The notes beneath the pieces were generated by a model, which ran no database searches, was not told the DNA's origin, and worked only from the letters and a program-made list of their open reading frames with translations. A stretch of DNA of 64,000 nt from an uncultured Bacteroidota bacterium (GTDB taxonomy: Bacteria; Bacteroidota; Bacteroidia; AKYH767-A; 2013-40CM-41-45), in the NCBI GenBank assembly GCA_963775555.1, contig CAVZJJ010000004.1, forward strand, positions 2,971,601 through 3,035,600. The letters run 5' to 3'. This document shows, piece by piece, positions 58,866 to 64,000 of the stretch. Within the stretch, counting starts at the first letter, position 1; each line of letters begins with the position of its first letter. Both the position numbers and the translations under genes were made by a program.

Positions 58866-60065
58866 TTAAGGCAAATAAGCATAGCCTTTTTTCATCTTCC
58901 AAAGAAAATACTTCTCCAGGAGAACTTTCCCAAAATCATAAATTACGTTTGGCAGCATGATGGCGAAACTTCTTGGCTTGAAAAGGTGATTTGAAAAAAT
59001 AAGCACCTCCTTTTTACCTGCATCCATGATACAAAGTGCCGGAATTTGACCCCAGGGCTTTTCTTTCAACTTGACTTTGCCAACACTTGTTCTGTAAATA
59101 TTTTCAGCTACGACTTTACCTGTTTCATCACTTGGATAACCGGTTTTCGGAACAGAAAAGTGAACCTTTCCTTGTTCGAATGGGGCAGGCACATTAACCG
59201 TTAAACCCGCAACCCAAACATTATTCCATTTTTGATGTCGGTAAGTTGGCAACACATTGAGGAAGCCATTGGGCTCAGCTTCCAGTGTAGGAGAATTTTT
59301 AAGGAGATCAACTCCCAAAAACTGAGGCATGAGCATCGTAAACTTTGATGAAATAACTTCTCCATTACTAAGCACCACCTCGTCTTTTTTTACTTCAGTG
59401 ATGCCAATATCAGTTCTGTAATGTATATTAAACATCTTCATAAAACCTTTCAACATTGTTTCGCCCATCGGCATTCCGTCAATCCCAAAATGACCTAAAT
59501 AGGTTTCCGGAGTAATCCAATACAAATCAACTTTATTACGGATACCCTCTTCTCTGAGCCATTTTTCTATGTTGAATAAAAATTCGTAAGCCGCTCCCAT
59601 GCAGCCCGCTTCCTGTGTTGAACCTATTACAATAGGGCCGGGATTCTTTTTAAATTCATTTAATTTTTCGCGGGTCTTCAGAGCACCATCCGGTGTACCG
59701 ATATAAAATCCATGCTCACGAAGTCCGGGAACGATATCATAATTAACCTTTGGCCCCGTGGCAATCACCAGATGATCATAAGTGAATGTTCCATCTTTAG
59801 TAATCACCTCCTGCTTGTCTGCATCAATTTTTTCTGCGACAGTCTTTACAAATTTAATTCCATACTTTTCAAAAACAGGTCTGCGCTTAATACTGATATC
59901 TTTAATTTCTCTTCTTTTTGTTGGCACCCAAATCAATGAAGGTATATACAAGAAATCTTCATTTCTGTCGATGACAGTAATTTCCACATTGTCTTTGAGT
60001 TTTCTTTTTAACTCCAGAGCGGCGGTGAATCCGGCAAAACTTCCACCAATGATTAAGGCTTTCAT
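58866..60065 (-). CDS. Sulfide:quinone oxidoreductase-like FAD-dependent oxidoreductase (type II NDH/SQR family). The start is set at the internal Met (MKALIIGGSFAG).
   Basis: GxGxxG Rossmann motif IIGGSFAG. EAGCMGAAYE resembles the SQR C-P-G-A-P-x-E cysteine motif. PKTG...VVAENI as in SQRs. Confidence 0.55.
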   Translation of the reverse strand: MKALIIGGSFAGFTAALELKRKLKDNVEITVIDRNEDFLYIPSLIWVPTKRREIKDISIKRRPVFEKYGIKFVKTVAEKIDADKQEVITKDGTFTYDHLVIATGPKVNYDIVPGLREHGFYIGTPDGALKTREKLNEFKKNPGPIVIGSTQEAGCMGAAYEFLFNIEKWLREEGIRNKVDLYWITPETYLGHFGIDGMPMGETMLKGFMKMFNIHYRTDIGITEVKKDEVVLSNGEVISSKFTMLMPQFLGVDLLKNSPTLEAEPNGFLNVLPTYRHQKWNNVWVAGLTVNVPAPFEQGKVHFSVPKTGYPSDETGKVVAENIYRTSVGKVKLKEKPWGQIPALCIMDAGKKEVLIFSNHLFKPRSFAIMLPNVIYDFGKVLLEKYFLWKMKKGYAYLP

Positions 60066-60550
60066 AATGTTTTTTTTAATTCTGATACAAAGTAACAGAC
60101 AAAAGCAGGAGTGGTCCCTGACCAATGTTTGCTAGAATTATGACATAGATCACAAGTAAAAAATTGACATAATAAACTGCCTTAAATGCGCATTAAGGAT
60201 GCTAAATTTCGATCGGTAAAAATCCTTGAGTTTATTCAGAAACTTAACTGCGAAATAGCAGCATATCAAGTAAAAAATATGAGGTAATAATTATGCAATA
60301 ATCGCCCTTCTCCTGACTAAATATTTTGCCACTGACTATACGCAGGATTATTCTTCCCCGGCAAGCTCTTCACTCTGTTAAAATTTAATACTACATCATT
60401 ACGCAAAGAAGATCAATGTCAAAAAACAAAGGCAATATTTTTAATTGAATAATTGCGTCCATTTTACATTTTCGAATTTTCAGGAAAATAAATTTGAAAC
60501 CCAATCACTCTTTGAATAACTGAAATGTTTTTATTGGTAGATTGGAAATT

Positions 60551-60583
60551 TCACATTCAAAAGCAGTGATTACAAATCCATCG
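60551..60583. repeat. Conserved intergenic motif, copy 2 (TCACATTCAAAAGCAGTGATTACAAATCCATCG).
   Basis: About 35 nt shared with the copy at 62537-62575. Lies in the mtnB-SQR spacer. Confidence 0.45.
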
Positions 60584-60637
60584 TAACTTCCAAGCTAAAA
60601 AAACTAAATTCCTTTCACCATCAACAAATTATGATGA

Positions 60638-61231
60638 TCAATAGTCAAGATTCTCCAGAAGATTGCTCAGCGCTTCATCAAGATCTTTTCCGAATGCAAG
60701 GATCCCTTCGGGGTGTCCGCCCATGACGATGATCTTCTCTTTTACTACCTCTTCACCATCGAAAAGATTTCGGATTGCATCAGCCATCTCCACTGTTCCG
60801 TATGCTGCATCCTCGCTTGTCGTCGGAACATTGTGCATGAGTTTTTTCCACATTTCATCACTATGAACATGGATGACCGCATTAGTTTCCGGCGAACACT
60901 CGTAGATCATTGCATGTGTGAGTGATTCAGAGGAAGCCTTCAAAGGACCGATGCAGGTCAGGCTGTTCTCACTGATTTTATAATCCTTGACCAATGAAAA
61001 ATGGTCCCGGTTCAAATTTTCCATCCCTCCTGTCGCAGATCCGGTGATCAGGAATTCGAAACCCTGGGTGCGGACACTGATATTCCCGAAGCCAATGCCA
61101 TCGGGATACGCTCCTATCAATCCCCGCTTGTATAATTTTTCCCTGACCCCATTTATCTTTGTGATGGTCTCCGGTGATCCGCACTCTCCTCTGATCCAGT
61201 TACAGTTGAATTTTATATAGCCTTCTTCCAT
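60638..61231 (-). CDS. Class II aldolase/adducin-family protein, probably methylthioribulose-1-phosphate dehydratase (MtnB-like).
   Basis: GFGNISVRTQGFEFLITGSATG and HVHS metal-binding motifs. Sits immediately downstream of mtnA. Confidence 0.55.
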   Translation of the reverse strand: MEEGYIKFNCNWIRGECGSPETITKINGVREKLYKRGLIGAYPDGIGFGNISVRTQGFEFLITGSATGGMENLNRDHFSLVKDYKISENSLTCIGPLKASSESLTHAMIYECSPETNAVIHVHSDEMWKKLMHNVPTTSEDAAYGTVEMADAIRNLFDGEEVVKEKIIVMGGHPEGILAFGKDLDEALSNLLENLDY

Positions 61232-61232
61232 C

Positions 61233-62342
61233 TCAGCGATTCGATTCAGGAAAGAGTTTCAGAAGCGAAGCCCGATCGGCCTTGCAGATGCCACGTTCGG
61301 TAATGATTCCTGTAACGAGTCGCGCCGGAGTGACATCGAAGCCGTAATTGGCAGCCGGACTCTCTTCCGGTGTCAGCAATACAGTCTTAAAATCTCCTTC
61401 CGCCCAGCCTTCCATATATTTCACTTCCTCTGCACCACGTTCTTCAATAGGAATTTCCTTCAGTCCGTCGTTCAACTTCCAGTCGATCGTCGAAGAAGGC
61501 AGTGCAACATAAAAGGGCACACCATTGTCTTTCGCTGCCAGTGCTTTCAGGTAAGTGCCGATCTTATTGGCTACATCGCCATTAGATGTTGTTCGATCGG
61601 AACCCACGATCACCAGGTCAACCATTCCGTGCTGCATAAGATGACCACCGGTATTATCTGCAATTACTGTATGCGGAACTCCGTGGTTCCCCAGTTCCCA
61701 TGCGGTAAGTCGCGCGCCCTGGTTGCGGGGTCTGGTTTCGTCGACCCATACATGCAGAGAAATTCCTTTATCGAAGGCAGCGTATATAGGAGAAGTAGCT
61801 GTACCGTAATCGACAAAAGCCAACCAGCCCGCATTGCAATGCGTGAGTAGATTGACGGTCTTTCCGCCCTTCTTACGACTCAATGTTTCGATCAGTTCAA
61901 GACCATGCAATCCGATCCTACGACAACAATCCGCGTCTGCGTCTGCGATAGCAGTCGCGGTATCTAAAGCAGCTGAGATTTTAGCATCGAAGGAAGAGGC
62001 AATCCGGATAGCTTGAACTTGCTGATCGACAGCCTGCGATAAGTTAACTGCTGTAGGCCGGGTAGCTTTCAGTTTTTCTGCAGAGCTAAGAACGAAGGCA
62101 TCGAAAGACTCATTCTTCGGTGCCTGAAGTGTTGCAAGGTACATACCGTAAGCTGCAGCGGCTCCTATCAGTCCGGCGCCCCGCAGATGCATGTCTTTGA
62201 TGGCGATGGCCATCTCGTCCGGATTTCTGATGTCCTCAAAGACCAGTTGAAAAGGAAGAAAGCGCTGATCGATGATCCGAATCGTGTTCTCCTCCTGCAC
62301 TTTCAGCCAAATGGTTCGGTAATTTTTCCCTTTAATATTCAT
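61233..62342 (-). CDS. mtnA: S-methyl-5-thioribose-1-phosphate isomerase (eIF-2B alpha/beta/delta-like family).
   Basis: VIVGSDRTTSNGDVANKIGTYLKALAAKDNGVPFYVALPSSTID is the MtnA signature. Confidence 0.8.
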   Translation of the reverse strand: MNIKGKNYRTIWLKVQEENTIRIIDQRFLPFQLVFEDIRNPDEMAIAIKDMHLRGAGLIGAAAAYGMYLATLQAPKNESFDAFVLSSAEKLKATRPTAVNLSQAVDQQVQAIRIASSFDAKISAALDTATAIADADADCCRRIGLHGLELIETLSRKKGGKTVNLLTHCNAGWLAFVDYGTATSPIYAAFDKGISLHVWVDETRPRNQGARLTAWELGNHGVPHTVIADNTGGHLMQHGMVDLVIVGSDRTTSNGDVANKIGTYLKALAAKDNGVPFYVALPSSTIDWKLNDGLKEIPIEERGAEEVKYMEGWAEGDFKTVLLTPEESPAANYGFDVTPARLVTGIITERGICKADRASLLKLFPESNR

Positions 62343-62536
62343 TTGAATGGACTGGTATTGAATCGTCGTCCAAGATACAAATTCGGAACAGAATATTTTT
62401 TTTGATATTCATTTCCGGATATTCAGGCAAAAGAAATTTATTATTCTTTTTCGAAATTTTTTCTTTAGAACTTTCTTGCTTCTTATGCCCTGCTTCCATC
62501 AGGATACCTGATGAGTAGTGAACACTGGATTTAAAA

Positions 62537-62575
62537 TCACACATTTTAAAAGAAAGTGATTACAAATCCCTCGCA
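62537..62575. repeat. Conserved intergenic motif, copy 3 (TCACACATTTTAAAAGAAAGTGATTACAAATCCCTCGCA).
   Basis: About 210 bp upstream of mtnA on the minus strand. Confidence 0.45.
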
Positions 62576-62610
62576 TCGGAAACCTTATGGTTTTTCTTGT
62601 TAGCATTGAT

Positions 62611-63825
62611 TTAATCTATAACAAACTTCTCTACCAAATTATCTGACTTAATAAAATAAATTCCCGCTGAAAAGTTTGAAACATCTAATTCAAAGCTGTT
62701 TTTTGTTACGTTGAGAAACATTGAAACATCTTGCTCCATGACAACTCTTCCTTGCAAGTCGAATACAATTATTTTATTAAGAGGAAGATTCTTAGCTCCG
62801 TTCAGAAAGACAGTTAGTTTTTTAGTGTAAGGATTGAAATATACCGCAGACTTCCATTCAGAAATCAGGGACTCGTTTATACCAGTGGTGCAAGTCCCAT
62901 CTGGTGTGTATTCCCAAAAGTCATGAAATAAAGGACCGCCATCCTCTCCGCCTAAACCAATATATCCCTTATTTTGAATTGAAAAAAATGCGGGTTCATC
63001 ACGACCAGACCCGGGAAAATTAGCTTTTTGTATCCATGCATTTGTAACTGGATTGTATTGCCACAAATCCGCAGCATAGGCATTGCCAAGAATATATTCA
63101 CCAGTTCCGAAATATCCTAAATCACAAATTGAAAATGCTGATGCGTCAGCCCGAGCATCGGATGTAAAATTGGCTTTCTGTGTCCAGGTATCACTGATAC
63201 TATTATACTCCCATAAATCTGCTAAGAAATTTCCATTGTACCCACCCGCTATATATCCATTAGTTCCTATTGTAAAACAATTTGCATCGAATCTTGGCAC
63301 TCCTGTCAAACTGTTTTTTTGTGTCCAGCTATCTGACACAGTATTATATTGCCAAAAATCATCATAATATACAGAATTATAATTCCCAGTACCAGCATAA
63401 CCCATATTGCCAATTGAAAATCCTACAGCTCCCCATCTGTCACCCCCGCCAAAATTTGCTTTCTGAGTCCACACATTTATTGAAGGATCATATTCCCAGA
63501 AATCATGAAGGGCGACACCTGATGAATTTGCCCCTAATCCTGCATATCCTTTATTACCGATAGAAAATCCGATGGCTGCACCCCTCCCAACTCCTCCAAA
63601 ACTTGCCTTCTGCGTCCATAAATTAGTTGCGGGATCATATTCCCAAAAATCATTGTGGTAATTATTGGCAGTGTCCCTGCCTCCTCCAACATATCCTTTA
63701 TCTGCAATAGAAAAAGAAAAAGGATATTCTAATCCTCCGCCCGGAAAATCTGCCTTCCGTGTCCAGAAATCTGCTTTAGTAATAAGAGTGAAACAGATAA
63801 AAATAAGAGTGCAAATTGTTTTCAT
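62611..63825 (-). CDS. T9SS-secreted Kelch-like beta-propeller protein, a paralog of 53635-54867.
   Basis: Repeats FWEYDPxxNxWTQKAxFGGxxRxxAxGFSIGNKGYxGxG. CTD VYFNPYTKKLTVFL...AGIYFIKSDNLVEKFVID. Confidence 0.5.
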   Translation of the reverse strand: MKTICTLIFICFTLITKADFWTRKADFPGGGLEYPFSFSIADKGYVGGGRDTANNYHNDFWEYDPATNLWTQKASFGGVGRGAAIGFSIGNKGYAGLGANSSGVALHDFWEYDPSINVWTQKANFGGGDRWGAVGFSIGNMGYAGTGNYNSVYYDDFWQYNTVSDSWTQKNSLTGVPRFDANCFTIGTNGYIAGGYNGNFLADLWEYNSISDTWTQKANFTSDARADASAFSICDLGYFGTGEYILGNAYAADLWQYNPVTNAWIQKANFPGSGRDEPAFFSIQNKGYIGLGGEDGGPLFHDFWEYTPDGTCTTGINESLISEWKSAVYFNPYTKKLTVFLNGAKNLPLNKIIVFDLQGRVVMEQDVSMFLNVTKNSFELDVSNFSAGIYFIKSDNLVEKFVID

Positions 63826-64000
63826 AAGATTAAATTTTAGAATAGTTTAAACAAATGTAAAGTATTTTGAAGTTCCTAAAACACAAAACCAGTAAACTAT
63901 TAATTTCCTGCTACCCCTTTCGGGAATATTGTGTGGAAGGACTGGTCAGTTCGTGTTAATTATTCAAAACCTAAATCCTCAGGAGGGTCAACTAATGTAT

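Noticed and set aside
1-64000. tRNA, rRNA or tmRNA genes
   Set aside because: No cloverleaf-compatible segments, rRNA-like conserved blocks or tmRNA-like segments were seen in any intergenic region.

Overview
This window looks like it comes from a Bacteroidota / FCB-group bacterium: about 40% GC, no obvious Shine-Dalgarno sites, and many proteins carrying type IX secretion (T9SS) C-terminal sorting domains. It has three parts. (1) 1-13.3 kb: an rnf operon (rnfB, rnfC, rnfD, rnfG, rnfE, rnfA) interrupted and preceded by two very large, highly diverged PFOR-like proteins that carry coiled-coil tails. It is followed by a tiny Cys-rich membrane protein, an NhaD-type Na+/H+ antiporter and a convergent flavin-transferase (ApbE) lipoprotein. 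(2) 13.4-26.6 kb: a 2894-aa cyclic beta-1,2-glucan-synthase-like giant (GT DxD domain plus a GH94-like C-terminus) and a 1308-aa secreted BNR/Asp-box + PKD protein. (3) 27.6-36.2 kb: a redox/regulatory island. It holds a YwqK/MORN-repeat protein, a secreted tetraheme c-type cytochrome, tandem duplicated Crp/Fnr regulators (one frameshifted), and a Tat-exported NrfC-like 4x[4Fe-4S] protein plus an NrfD-like membrane quinol subunit with no molybdopterin catalytic partner. It ends with an anchored secreted protein and two tandem monoheme cytochromes c. (4) 36.5-54.9 kb and 62.6-63.8 kb: a dense island of T9SS cargo genes (BNR, SBBP and Kelch-like beta-propellers, a NIDO-domain protein, a 1381-aa PKD-repeat protein with a CHU_C/type-B CTD). 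The remainder holds an AraC regulator, an OmpA protein with thrombospondin type-3 repeats, a sulfide:quinone oxidoreductase-like flavoprotein and mtnA/mtnB. No rRNA, tRNA or CRISPR array was seen. Three genes carry frameshifts, two of them pinned to single-base indels in homopolymer runs. Several short conserved intergenic motifs recur.
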